This document shows, piece after piece, positions 12,319 to 24,203 of a DNA stretch of 64,000 bases (its first letter is position 1; every line of letters begins with the position of its first letter). Position numbers and translations under genes: made by a program. The DNA is taken from NCBI RefSeq assembly GCF_963921235.1, contig NC_086097.1:91204001-91268000 (forward strand), written 5' to 3'. This DNA is from Mobula hypostoma. Its lineage: Eukaryota. The notes beneath the pieces were generated by a model that did not search any database, had not been told where the DNA came from, and saw only the letters and a list, made by a program, of their open reading frames with translations.

Positions 12319-13008
12319 GTACCTCTTCCTAGAAGATTTTTGGGAATGGTTGTATATTATCGTAAGTTTTGTAAGAACTTTGCTGACATCGCTCTCCCCC
12401 TAACAAAACTTCTCGGGAAAAGTAAAAGACTTGTATGCAGTGATCTTTGCCAGGAGGCGTTTGAACATCTGAAAACCATCCTGTGCTCAAGGCACCTGAT
12501 TTTTCCAAGCCATTTTCTATAGCAACAGACGCTAGTGATGAAGCTGCTGGGGCAGTACTGTTACAGAAGGGAGTGGATGACATTGAACACCCTGTAGCTT
12601 ATTTCTCAAAGAAATTTAATTTGCGCCAGAAAAATTATTCACCTGTTGAAAAGGAATTACTAGCACTTATTCTGGCTTTATAACATTTTGAAGTCTATGT
12701 TTGTCCTGCCCAGAGACCACTTGTGGTTTACACAGATCACAATTCGTTGGTGTTTCTAACTAAGATGAAGGATAAGAATAGAAGGTTTTTAAATTGGAGT
12801 CTGATATTGCAAGAATATGACTTAAAAATCAAACATGTGAATGGTACTGACAATATTATAGCTGATTGTTTATCCAGATGTTAAGTCAGAAATTGTACAT
12901 GTTCTGCTCTGTTAACTAATGATTATACATGTATTGTTTCAAACTCTGTAATTTACATTTAAACAAAAATTTTGCCTTCATCAAGAATTTTTCTCCGAAA
13001 GAAGGGGA

Positions 13009-13761
13009 TGTGACGAGGTCCTGAATTACCCCTATGAACTATGCGTTTTGAACAGAGAGAGAGAGGGGTGCCCAACATAAAAAGAGAGAGTTATTTAGCA
13101 CTGGCATCTTGTTTTTAAGAGAGAGAGAGAGACAAAGACCGCTCACAATTTGTTTATACTTTCTACAAGGACGCTGCCTGCTTGTACGTTCTTACAGACA
13201 GAAAAGGGAGGAGCTGTTTGAATGACAGTTAGTGTACAGCACAGGGAGATAAACAGAAGGTTGGATGATAGACCTGAGACACATGGTTTTGGACGCCGAG
13301 TGACCGGCGGGGAGTTATTTGTGTGTCCAACCCTCGCCTGGGTTGATAGCTTCACCACAGAAGAACGGTCTCCTTTGTTGTGGTCACAGTCAGTGACTTT
13401 TAAAGGATTTCGGAGGACAATGGGAAGATCGACGGTGTCAGCTCACCTGAAGACTCAAATCTCCCTCTCTCTCTCTCTCTCTCTCTCCCTCTCTCTCTCC
13501 ATCACTACTCAACTCAATACTACAAACTGAACTGAACTTTACTCATCATCGTAAGACTATCTATTTACCCCTAGACTTGACAAAGCTTGGTTTTCATATA
13601 TTTCCACACTTACTGATATACTTACTTATATATAATCATTGCTAACCTGTTTGATTCATCTGCATTTATATTACTGTATTGCGTAGTTATTAATAAATAC
13701 CATTAGTTAGTAGCAATACTGGACTCCAAAGTGTTTTCCATTTCTGCTGGTTTTTTAACCC
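13009..13761 (+). repeat. 3' LTR of the Gypsy element, lacking its terminal CA
   Basis: Starts TGTGACG right after the polypurine tract; (GA)n and (CT)n tracts; AATAAA at about 13692; resembles the reverse complement of 46531-47368 in organisation. Confidence 0.8.
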
Positions 13762-14028
13762 CTCTCCCACCCTCACCCCCTTTTTTCTTTCTTCCATGGC
13801 CTTCCGTCTCTTCCATCAACTTCCCAGCTCTTTGCTTCATTCCTCCCCCTCCACGTTTCACCTATCAGCTGGCCTTCCTCTCTCCCATCCCCCCACCTTT
13901 CAAATCTACTCCTCAGCACTTTTTCTCCAGTCCTCCCGAAGGGTTTCAGGCCAAAACGTCGACCTTGCTGTTTTCCATTCATGCTGCCTGGCCTGCTGGG
14001 TTCCTCCAGCATTTTGTGTGCATTGCTC
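13762..14028 (+). mobile_element. Penelope-like terminal repeat with decayed hammerhead (13929-13964)
   Basis: Similar to 7246-7460: ACTTCCCAGCTCTTT..CCCCCACCTTT.AAATCTA..ATGCTGCCTGGCCTGCTG. Confidence 0.85.
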
Positions 14029-14760
14029 TTTTTGTACAGCTCATTCCTTCCCCCAGAAGAGATACCAATGATCCACAAATCTGAAACCCTTCTTCCTGCA
14101 CCAGTTCCTCATTTGCACATTCACTTGCTAAATCACCTTATTCTTACCCTCACTCATATTGTGGCACAGCCAGTAGTCCAGAGGTTACTACCCCTGAGAT
14201 CCTGATTTTCAGCTTTCTATCTAGCTCACTTTATTCTCTCCTCATGACCTCATCCTTCTTCCTACCTAAATGTACCATGACTTCTGGCTATTCACACTCC
14301 CCCTTGGGAATGCTATGGGCCTGATTCGAGAAGTCCCTGACCCTGACACCTGGGAGGCAACGTACCATCTGGGTGTCTCTTTCACGTCCACCGAATCTCC
14401 TGTCTGCTCCTCAACTATGGAATCCCCTATCACTACTGCACTCCTCTTCTCCCCCTTCCTTTCTGGGGCACAGGACAGGGCTAGACTCAATGCTAGAGGT
14501 AGGTCACCACCCCAATAGTATTCTTAATATTGAGGGGAATAGCCACTATCTTCCTATTCCATTTCCCGCTGCTGACAGCCACCCAGCTACTTGTCTCCTG
14601 TGACTTGGAGGTGAGCCGAAGGTCATCCAGCTGCAGCTCCAGTTCACTTACACAGTTTTTAAGGAGCTGCAGCTGGATGCACTTCATGCAGGTGTCGTTA
14701 TCAGTAAGACGGGGGTCTCCCAGAGTTGCCTCCAAATGCCAGTAAATGTAAAGTGCACGG
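14029..14760 (-). mobile_element. CR1 ORF1 remnant (zinc finger/coiled coil plus SGNH esterase-like domain)
   Basis: CMKCIQLQLLKNCVSELELQLDDLRL (14493..14765) and AVVIGDSIV (14266..14490). Confidence 0.8.
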
Positions 14761-16374
14761 CACATCTCTAGGGTTGCTCACTTGGTAGTGATATTTTCTG
14801 TGATTTGTGGCTAATTAGTTTTCTCAAGTTATCTCCTTGCTCATTAATCTCATTTCATAGAATCTCATAGCACAGAGGAGGTGGCAGTCAATCTTTGGAT
14901 GAAAACCAGCCAAAAGATCCGCCACTGTCCCTCTTTCCACGTGGCCTGTAAACTCAGAGAAGTTCTAACTGAAAGAATTCCTGACTTATGGACACCCCCC
15001 GACCTACAATCTAGCCTCCAGATATTTTTATATGCTTTGTTTTCAAAATTTTCAAAAAAACAATGAGATCAACAAGAACATCCCAGCTCAGACATATATA
15101 AAAATGAAATAAGCGAAAACAAAGAGACATAACATTAGAGGGATGCCTATTGTACAAAGTGTTCAAAAATACTAAACATTAAATCTCAAACGAGGGCCAT
15201 GAGAAATCAGCTGGGGGGAAATAGCTCATCTGCCTCCGGCCTCATCCAGGTAGGCAAGAAATGGATACCAGACAGCCGAAATTTTTTTATTTGAAGCATC
15301 TAATTTTCTCCATCTGTATGACTGAGATCATATCAGCCATCCATCTCCTAGCCTCCAGATATTATTAACTTCAAAAGTCTGACGTCCATGTATACACTCA
15401 TCACTATGATTGTTAGAACTATTTCCTCTCTTTCTGCACTCCTGATAATCGTTCTATCTTATCAGCCTTATGTGTTTATGATACCATTAATTGTAATACT
15501 GAGGAGGTTACGGTCACCATATTGCGTGATTTTGGTGCATTTTCCAGCTTACGGCCAAAATTGGCAGAAGAAACAGAACCTGTTCATTACCCTCGGTACC
15601 TCTCCAATGTCAGTGACAGGCTCCGAGGATATGGACCAAGTGCAGTGAGCGACAGAGAGAGAAAGAGACACTGAAGCAGTCAACAGTTCACCAACTTTAA
15701 TGAGAACTGTTGCAGAAATTAACTGAAAAACTAGGCCAGCAGGGCCAGTAACTAAAACCCTCAAACTGAAAGTTAATACCAACACTGTGGCTGGAAGCAA
15801 TAGCTGAATACTAAATTAGAACAGCTCCTGTACAGCATTAATTGAAACGGTCGTCTTCTTTCCCGGACAAGGCCAAAGGTAAGGATGAAACGCGGACGTT
15901 GGGTGTGCTTTTGGTCAAGTCTTGGCAAAAATGGGAATGAAGGGAAGGGTGTTTCATACCACCTCAGTGAAGCACTAATTAACAGGAATGTGCATACTCA
16001 AGAGCGTGATTGCCAGACCTGTTCTGTAGCAGCCTACGTGGGCACGTAGACCCTGGTGGCAGAGTCTGTGGTTATGACAGTCAGCTTGTTCCGGGGCTGT
16101 CAATAATCTGTAAGTTATTCACCAGGTTTTATATCTGTTCACTCTCCAGTTCTAAGCAGCTCGTTCTGAGGTCAGAGATCAGGTTCACAGAAAACCTGTC
16201 ACCTAGCTCTATACTGTTATGTTCAGTTGCAAGACCTCCACAGCCCATCACTGGTAACAGTACCCTATCATGAACCTGGAACAAGAGGTTCAGCCTCAAC
16301 TGGGTGTGAACTGGGCAAGAAATATTATCACTCCTGCAAGTATAGGGGATACATTAGGGAAGTAATTTGCACAT

Positions 16375-16662
16375 TTACTTTACAGCATCAACGATCACTG
16401 ATTGGGGTTCGATTCCAACTACTGCCAGAAAGGAGTCTACATTCTCCCCATGACTGTGTGGGTTTGCTCCAGGTGCTCAGATTACTTCTGTGTCCAAAGA
16501 CACACATGTTAGTAAGTTATGGGCATCCTGTGTTGGCGTCAGAAGCGGGGCGACTCTTGTGGGCTGTGTTGGTCGTTGACACAAAATGACCCACTATACC
16601 GTATGCTTTGCTGTTTCAATGTACGTGTGACAATAAAGCTAATCTCTTTATCTTTAATCTTT
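16375..16662 (+). mobile_element. SINE remnant (tRNA-like head)
   Basis: B-box-like GGTTCGATTCC near 16406, followed by TTCTCCCCATGACTGTGTGGGTTT; simple-repeat tail TCTTTATCTTTAATCTTT. Confidence 0.6.
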
Positions 16663-17284
16663 AAGTACTCTATTGGACCCTATTAACCATCGACTAGCCT
16701 AATCCTTTGCATTGATTGGCAGAGTTCTGAGCTTGTTACTTCATGCAAAGACTGCAAGTACTTACCTTTAAATTCTATTAAATTCTTAAGTAGCCAGGAC
16801 CCAAGTCATGGTTATAACATGTAATGTAGAATTACTTGGAGTCAGTTAACAACAAGCCTGTTTATTTTGGAATTGTCCCAAGGATATCTTTGAAGTGATC
16901 TCCTACAATAAAACAGATAACAAGCCAGCAACTTAGGTAGAGGAAGCTCCAGCAATTACAATGGAAACGAAGTGAATCTAGAACATCAGGCAGTATTGGC
17001 AAGCACCCCTGCTGTGGTTTCCGAAAGTGGATAAAGCACCTTACTTTAATGCAGCATTGGAAAAAGAGCAGCTCCCACAGTGTGGCACTCCCTCAGCACT
17101 GCACCAAAGTCTCAGCCCAGAATTTTGTGGTCAGCTCCTTAACGCAGGTCTTGAATCCTTAAGTAAGCACAAACCAGCACTGACATCAACACTAATTGGT
17201 AGCTGGCCAAGAGCAAGGAGAATGGGGAGTATGGGGAGAAAAGTGAGATGGAAAATGAAGAGTGCTGATCAAATATACTAGAAT

Positions 17285-19424
17285 TTAGAATTTATTTAAA
17301 TTTTACATCCATCCCACAACATGAGGGAGTAAAACTCTTTGTGCTATGACTCCATTGCAATGTACAGACACGTGAATTTAAAAGTCTAATGGCTTGTAGA
17401 AAGAAGCTATCCTGTAGCCTGTTGGTCCTGGCTTTAATGCTGCGGTACTGTTTGCCAGACGGAAGCAGCTGAAACAGTTTATTATGGGGCGTCTGGTGTC
17501 CCCGATGATCTTCCAGGCCTTCTTTACACACCTGCTGCTGTAAATCAGCGGTCCCCAACCACCGGGCCGCAGAGCATGCGCTACCAGGCCGCGAGGAAAC
17601 GATATGATTTGGCGATATGAGTCAGCTGCACCTTTCCTCGTTCCTTGTCATGCACTGTTGAGCCATTACGCACGGGTCGTCCATGTCAGTGTGGGAAGGA
17701 GATCAACTCCTCGAGCTTGCAAATGACGACGGGCTGAAAAGGCTGTTTGATATAGCATCTCTGCCAGCATTCTGGATCAAAGTCAAGGCTCAATATCCTA
17801 AGATAGCCACGGAAGCACCGAAAACATTGCTTCCATTTCCAACATATCTCTGCGATGAATGTAACAAAAACTAAATTGCGGATTAGACTGGACATAAAGA
17901 ACCCCGTTCGAGTATCGCTGGCCCCTATCACCCCTCGATAGGACCGTCTTGTTGCAGGAAAGCAAGACCAGGGCTCCCACTGATTCAGCGATATTGGTGC
18001 GTTGCAATGATCTTATAAGTTCATACAGGGAAAATATGCGCTGTGTTTAATATCCAAACGTTACTTAAAATGTTATGATGCTATTGACTTATATAACCAT
18101 ATAACAATTACAGCACGGAAACAGGCCATCTCTGCCCTTCTGGACCGTGCCAAACGCTACTCTCACCTCGTCCCACCGACCTGCACTCAGCCCATAACCC
18201 TCCATTACTTTCCTGTCCATATACCTATCCAATTTTTCTTTAAATGATAATATCAAACCTGCTTCTGACACTTCTACTGGAAGTTTGTTCAACACTTACT
18301 TCAAGCTCCCCTGTCCTCCCCTGATAATTGACTTATAGCTATATTCATGCGAGGAAAATGCGCTGTGTGTTTAATACTAAATTTGTTAGATAAACCTTTT
18401 TAGAAACGAAATTGAGTGTATTAGCCACTTATCACCGATATTCCAGTTGTGATTAACACCTCCCTCTGAACAGAATCGCCAAAAATGATTTGTAGAAAAA
18501 TAATCTGCAGGTGGGCACATGCGTAAATAACGCATGCGCACTGGTGCCCGCGCAAAGCTTCATGGTCATTGTAGTCTTTCTCTGGGTAAACGCAACGTAT
18601 TTGACTGCTACTCTTGTCCGTTGGCAACCATTTCCCACCCCCCCCCACCACACCCTCCGGTCCGCCGGTCCGCAAGAATATTGTCAACATGAAACCAGTC
18701 CGCATGGCAAAAAAGGTTGGGGACCCCTGCTGTAAATGTCCTCAGTAGAGGGAAGTTCACATCCACAGATGCACTGGGCTGTCCATACCACTCTCCGCAG
18801 TGCCCAGCGATCAAGGTTGGTGCAGTTCCCGTACCAGGCAGTGATACAGCCAGTCAATATGCTCTCAATGGTGCCCCTGTAGAAGGTCTTGAGGATCTGG
18901 GGGCTCGTGCTAAACTTCTTCAGTCACCTGAGATGGAAGAGATGCTGTTGTGCTCTTTTTGCCACACAGCCGGTGTGTACAGTCCAGGTGAGATCATCGG
19001 TGATGTGTATGCCAAGGAACTTGAAACTACTCACCCTCTCAACTGCAGTCCCATTGATGTTGATCGGGGTGAGCCTGTCTCCATTTCTCCTGTAATCCAC
19101 AGTCAACTCGTAATTTTTGGACATTGAGAGTGAGGTTGTTATCTTGGCACCACTGTGTCAGGGTGTCGACCACTCCTCTGTAGGCTGTCTCATCACCACT
19201 AGAAATAAGGCCGATCAGAGTCATGTCCTCTGCGAATTTGATCAGCCGATTGGAGCTGTGTGTGACAGTATAGTCGTGGGTGTAAAGGGAGTAGAGAAGG
19301 GGACTCAGGACACAACCCTGGGGGCACCTGTGTTGAGGGTCAGAGGGGCAGAGGTGAGAGAGCCCATCCTTACCACCTGTCGGCGATCCGATAGGAAGTC
19401 TAAGATCCAGCTGCACAAGCAATT
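17285..19424 (-). mobile_element. Rex1/Babar-type LINE remnant interrupted by a hAT element
   Basis: [70 protein letters not shown]. Confidence 0.85.
17546..18729 (+). mobile_element. Non-autonomous Charlie-type hAT transposon
   Basis: Inverted termini CAGCGGTCCCCAACC / GGTTGGGGACCCCTG; 8-bp TSD CTGTAAAT (17538-17545, 18730-18737); transposase C-terminal remnant LPAFWIKVKAQYPKIATEAPKTLLPFPTYLC. Confidence 0.92.
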
Positions 19425-20087
19425 ATGGTGTTAAATCCTGAAATGTAATCCGGGAACAGCATTCTAACGTATGCACCCCTCTACTCCAGGTGAGTGAGGA
19501 TGGTGTGTAGTACGGATGACCTTAGCAATTAAATACAATAGTTAAGTGCTGAACTGCAGTCCAGGAACAGCATTGTGTTGAATGGAATATAGAAGTTGGT
19601 GCAATAAAGGCATCCTACTGCTTCAAGGAGATGTACAGTACTATCCCAAAAAAAATCAGGAAGAGTTAGTGCTTGATGCACTAGATAACTTACACATTTC
19701 CTTGTATCTGCAGTGCAGTAAATGACACTGGACACGCAGGTGGGAAAAAATAACATATGATTTGCTAAACCAAGAACAAGTGCACAGTTTGTGCATAATT
19801 CATACACCTCCCCATTATGTGCCTTACTGTCAGATCAGTAATTGAATCCTTTGCATTTCATCTTTTATAATCTCCTTGTCCCACTTCCAATGCACAGCAC
19901 AGTATCAATAGCAACTAATGATTGTATTAAATGCACAGGAACAGTGCAAAATACCTTAATTTACTCTACAAGAGGAATCATTAATCAAAATTTGACTCTG
20001 TCAAATGAAGGAGACAATAAGACAGATAACTAAAAGCTAAAGATTAACTGCACAACTCACTGGGTCAGTTAATGATTCAAGTTAAAT

Positions 20088-20365
20088 CATAGAGGCATAG
20101 ATCACTACAGCACAGAAACAGGCCCTTTGGCCCATCTACTCTGTGCCAAACTATTAATCTGCCTAGTCCCATCGATCTGCACCCAGAACATAGCCCTCTC
20201 AACCATGTACCTATCCTACTTTCTCTTAATTGTCGAAATTAAACCCAAATACTGGCAACTCGTTCCACACTCTCACTACCCTCTGAGTGAAGACATTCCC
20301 CCCCCCCAGTTCTCCTTAAACATTTCACCCTTCACCTTTAACCCATGACCCCTAGTTCTAATCTT
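20088..20365 (-). mobile_element. CR1 3'-end remnant
   Basis: CATAGA..TACAGCACAGAAACAGGCCCTTTGGCCCA 3' end and CCTTAAACATTTCACCCTTCACC..AACCCATGACC. Confidence 0.7.
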
Positions 20366-20466
20366 AGGTCTGAGAGGGAAGGATGTCAGGATTTAGAGTT
20401 GAGACAGAGGGGTGAGATACGGGATGGTGACTGATTGGAGGAACCAGTTGAAAGGTGGTGGTGGAA

Positions 20467-21212
20467 AGATGATACAAAGATTGGAGGTGTAGTAGACAGT
20501 GAGGAAGGTTTTCAGAGCCTGCAGAGGGACTTGGACCAGCTGGAGAAATGGGCTAAATAATGGCAGATGGAGTTTAATACTGACAAGTGTAAGGTATTGC
20601 ACGTTGGAAGGACAAACCAACGTAGAACGTACAGGGTTAATGGTAAGGCACTGAGGAGTGCAGTGGAACAGAGGGATCTGGGAATACAGATACAAAATTC
20701 CCTAAAAGTGGCGTCACAGGTAGATAGGGTTGTAAAGAGAGCTTCTGGTACATTGGCCTTTATTAATCAAAGTATTGAGTATAAGAGCTGGAATGTTATG
20801 ATGAGGTTGTATAAGGCATTGGTGAGGCCGAATCTGGAGTATTGTGTTCAGTTTTGGTCACCAAATTACAGGAAGGATATAAATAAGGTTGAAAGAGTGC
20901 AGAGAAGGTTTACAAGGATGTTGCCGGGACTTGAGAAACTCAATTACAGAGAAAGGTTGAATAGGTTGGGACTTTATTCCCTGGAGCGTAGAAGAATGAG
21001 GGGAGATTTGATAGAGGTATATAAAATTATGATGGGTATAGATAGAGTGAATGCAAGCAGGCTTTTTCCACTGAGGCAAGGGGAGAAAAAAACCAAAGGA
21101 CATGGATTAAGGTTGAGGGGGGAAAAGTTTAAAGGGAACATTAGGGGGGGCTTCTTCACACAGAGAGTGGTGGGAGTATGGAATGAGCTGCCAGACGAGG
21201 TGGTAAATGCGG
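20467..21212 (+). mobile_element. CR1 RT C-terminal fragment, truncated on both sides
   Basis: ORF 20567..21271 is nearly identical to the C-terminus of ORF 53269..55953; stops at GTGGTAAATGCGG where PLE sequence begins. Confidence 0.92.
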
Positions 21213-21427
21213 ACAACAGGAATTCTGCAGATGCTGGAAATTCAAGCAACACACATAAAAGTTGCTGGTGAACGCAGCAGGCCAGGCAGCATCTCTAGGA
21301 AGAGGTGCAGTCAACGTTTCAGGCCAAGACCCTTCGTCAGGACTAACTGAAGGAAGAGTGAGTAAGGGATTTGAAAGTTGGAGGGGGAGGGGGAGATCCA
21401 AAATGATAGGAGAAGACAGGAGGGGGA
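21213..21427 (-). mobile_element. Penelope-like terminal repeat fragment
   Basis: ACAACAGGAATTCTGCAGATGCTGG..; same family as 12089 and 30151; ends abruptly at the inverted-duplication arm. Confidence 0.88.
21309..21344 (-). ncRNA. Minimal type I hammerhead ribozyme motif, core intact
   Basis: Minus strand AGTC-CTGACGA-AGG gtcttgg CCT-GAAAC-GTT-GACT; GUU triplet fits NUH. Confidence 0.8.
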
Positions 21428-22009
21428 GCTTGTTCAACCCAGGTACAATCAGCGGTTTTACGACAAATCACATTGGACTCCGATTAGCTAAGAAAACAGC
21501 CAGCCCTACCAGGCTCATGAAAGTTCTGGATAACTCCTTGAATGCTCAACTGAAAGATAATTCAAGTTATGAAATAGATATGCAATAACTGTAAGAATTA
21601 TGAATTGCAATAGATTGCCTATCCTTTCCAGCCTGTGCTGCCATACATAAGACCATGGCTGAACTTCTACTTCAGCTCTGTGTTCCTGCACTATCTCCAT
21701 TTCCCTACAGTGATCTTCCTTACAGTGCAGTTGACAGGCCCTGACAAACACTCTCCCCAATGCATGTCAGATTTTCAATTGCTGGTTATATAATTTGTCC
21801 TTCTACCAGTGCCAATGAATATGAACTGGGTTAAAATCACCAACTTGGATGACAGGGACCAGCTGTAAGGTACCATCTGTCAATGGGCGGTATTCTAATT
21901 TTGGGTCACTAAGTTCAGGCCCAATTTTGGATGCCTGAACAAAGAGGCCAGGTTAATGATTCATTGCCGTTCTGAGAGAGCATTGAGACGAACCTTGACT
22001 ACTAGAAAC

Positions 22010-22349
22010 TAAACATAGAACATAGAGCATAGAATAGTACAGCACAGTACAGGCCATTCAGCCCACAATGTTGTGCCGACCCTCAAACCCTGTCTCCCAT
22101 ATAAGCCCCCACCTTAGATTCCTCCATATACCTGTCCAGTAGTCTCTTAAGCTTCACCAGTGTATCTGCCTCCACCACTGACTCAGGCAGTGCATTCCAC
22201 GCGCCAACCACTCTCTGAGTAAAAAACCTTCCTCTAATATCCCCCTTGAAACTTCCCACCCCTTACCTTAAAGCCATGACCTCTTGTATTGAGCAGTGGT
22301 GCCCTGGGGAAGAGGCGCTGGCTGTCCACTCTATCTATTCCCCTTATTA
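22010..22349 (-). mobile_element. CR1 3'-end fragment (mirrored at 25214-25553)
   Basis: (CATAGAA)n tail; RGIDRVDSQRLFPR..TRGHGFKVRG. Confidence 0.85.
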
Positions 22350-22651
22350 AGAAGAATAAGAAACTAACAAAATAGGAACAGGCCACTCGGTCTCTCAAGG
22401 ATCCCCCAATATGATCAGGGCTGATCTGCCAGAGGACTCGTCTCCTGTGCCAGTTCCACATTATCCTCATTACCTTGATATTTAAAAAAATAACTACCTC
22501 CCCCTTTCATTACTCTGGGATCTATCCTCCACAACCTTGGGGGCAGAGAATTCCAGTGGCTGACCATCCTCTCATAGAAGTCCCTACACATTTTCATTTT
22601 AAATGGCTACACCCATTACTTGTTAACTACATTCCCATCCATGCATATTTT

Positions 22652-23090
22652 CAGAATCAGGTTTAATATCACTGGCATGTGTCATGAAAATTGCAGCTAT
22701 GCAGCAGCAGGGCATTGCAATACATAATAAAAACTAAATTACAGTAAGAAGTGTATATGTATATACAAGTTAAATTAAATAAATAATGCAGAAAGAGAAA
22801 AACAAGTAGTGAGGTAGTGTTCCTGGGTTCAATGTCTATTCTGAAATCAGACGGCAGAGGGGAAGAAGCTGTTCCTGAATCATTGAGTGAGTGTCTTCAG
22901 GCTCCTATATCTTCTTCCTGATGGTAGCAATGAGAAGAGGGCATGACCTGGGTGATGGAGGTCTTTAATGATGGATGCCACCTTTTTGAGGCATCAATCC
23001 TTGAAGGTGTCCTGGATGCTGGGGAGGCCAGTGCCCGGGATGGAGATGGCTAAGTTTACAACTTTCTGGAGCTTATTCCGATCCTGTCGA
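22652..23090 (-). mobile_element. Rex1/Babar-type 3' fragment (mirrored at 24473-24911)
   Basis: QDRNKLQKVVN..LPSIQDTFK; 3' end ..GTGATATTAAACCTGATTCTGA as at 45414 and 47918. Confidence 0.8.
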
Positions 23091-23845
23091 GCTGCAGGCC
23101 GGCCCAGACTAGACCTTGAGAAGGTGGTGATGTGCTGGCTTGAAGCACTGTAGCCCTTTTGACAAAAACAGTCCCGGAGTGCTGTTGGGCAGGAAGTCCC
23201 AGGGTTTAGATTCAGGCACCATGAAGGACTGGCAGTATACCCCCAAGTCAGGCTGAAAGGGAATCTGCAGAAGGCCATGTTCCTCCTGCTTGTAGACTTG
23301 TGGCCTGGGAGGCAGAGGTAGCCAATTTAATAGTTGCTTTTGGAGTACTCTGCTGGGAATTTTATGGACTGTACACACTGTGCTCTGGTCAGAAGACCTA
23401 GTGCACAAATGGGCATTACACAGTTTACGTCAGTAATTCCACCTCTAGAATACTCACGACTGTGTTATGCTTTGGGACAGATTGAGATAGAAACTGTAGT
23501 TCTTTATTTGCCTTTAATAGAACTGCAGTGGAGAAGTGTGGCAGAGTGTTCAGCTCATACTCCTGAAAGTGATTTTGCAACAAGCCACAATAACTTGCTG
23601 GCAGGAGGAGCAGCTGCTGGACAAAGATTCATACTGCTTTATTGGATTCCAATGCCGCCATACATTAAGGTCCCCTGTAATGCTTGGGGGGCTCATTGCA
23701 GATTACTCGGGAATTTAGATTACATTCCCAAGCTTGAAGGAAAATGTAAACCACTTTAATATCTGGTAGTGTCTGTAAAATTGACTGAGCTTGTCAAATT
23801 TCTTCCGTCTCCTCCCTCAGGCACAACACTGCTCTATTGCATGCC

Positions 23846-24203
23846 TTTTTGAAGGTGACTACTACGAAAATTTTCCTCGGCTTTGTTCACAGTGTTGAAC
23901 GAAACCATGACCTCCAGGACCCGGGCTTCCAAGGGCAGCAGGTATGTGGACATGACAGCGCTACCCATGTCCCCAGAGTAACTACTTCATTTATTTATTG
24001 CCATAAACTGTGGGATAGGCCCTTCGAGTCACGCGCCCAGCAATCCCCAAATTTAATCTTACCCTAATCATGAGACAACTTACAATGACCAATTACCCTA
24101 CCAACCCAGTATATCTTTGGAAGCCCGGGTCCTGGAGGTCATGGTTTCGTTCAACACTGTGAACAAAGCCGAGGAAAATTTTCGTAGTAGTCACCTTCAA
24201 AAA
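23846..24203. repeat. 87-bp inverted repeat (23846-23932 / 24117-24203) in the spacer
   Basis: TTTTTGAAGGTGACTACTACG..CCCGGGCTTCCAA is the reverse complement of TTGGAAGCCCGGG..CGTAGTAGTCACCTTCAAAAA. Confidence 0.95.

Larger units (their letters stand above)
12089..12330. mobile_element. Fold-back Penelope-like terminal-repeat insertion within Gypsy pol
   Basis: 16-bp TSD AGAAGATTTTTGGGAA at 12073-12088 and 12331-12346; inverted arms 12176-12249 and 12259-12332. Confidence 0.9.
11040..13761 (+). mobile_element. Ty3/Gypsy LTR retrotransposon remnant (Gmr1-like order INT-RT-RNaseH) with 3' LTR
   Basis: Integrase C-terminal-like FEPVFGHRPKGP (11061..11243); RT LPFGMKNAPGTFQR and YIDD (11605..); RNase H ATDASD and ADCLSRC-stop at 12884; polypurine tract at 12997-13008, then TG. 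Confidence 0.88.
21428..23363 (+). repeat. Left arm of 1,936-bp inverted duplication
   Basis: Reverse complement of 24200-26135; mirrored ORF pairs have identical translations and coordinate sum 47563. Confidence 0.97.

Noticed and set aside
15492..16079. Possible solo LTR (TGTAATAC...GTTATGACA)
   Set aside because: Termini look plausible but there is no matching TSD or second copy in the window
23334..23759. 141-aa ORF in the palindrome spacer
   Set aside because: Non-ATG start and no recognisable domain; consistent with a chance ORF
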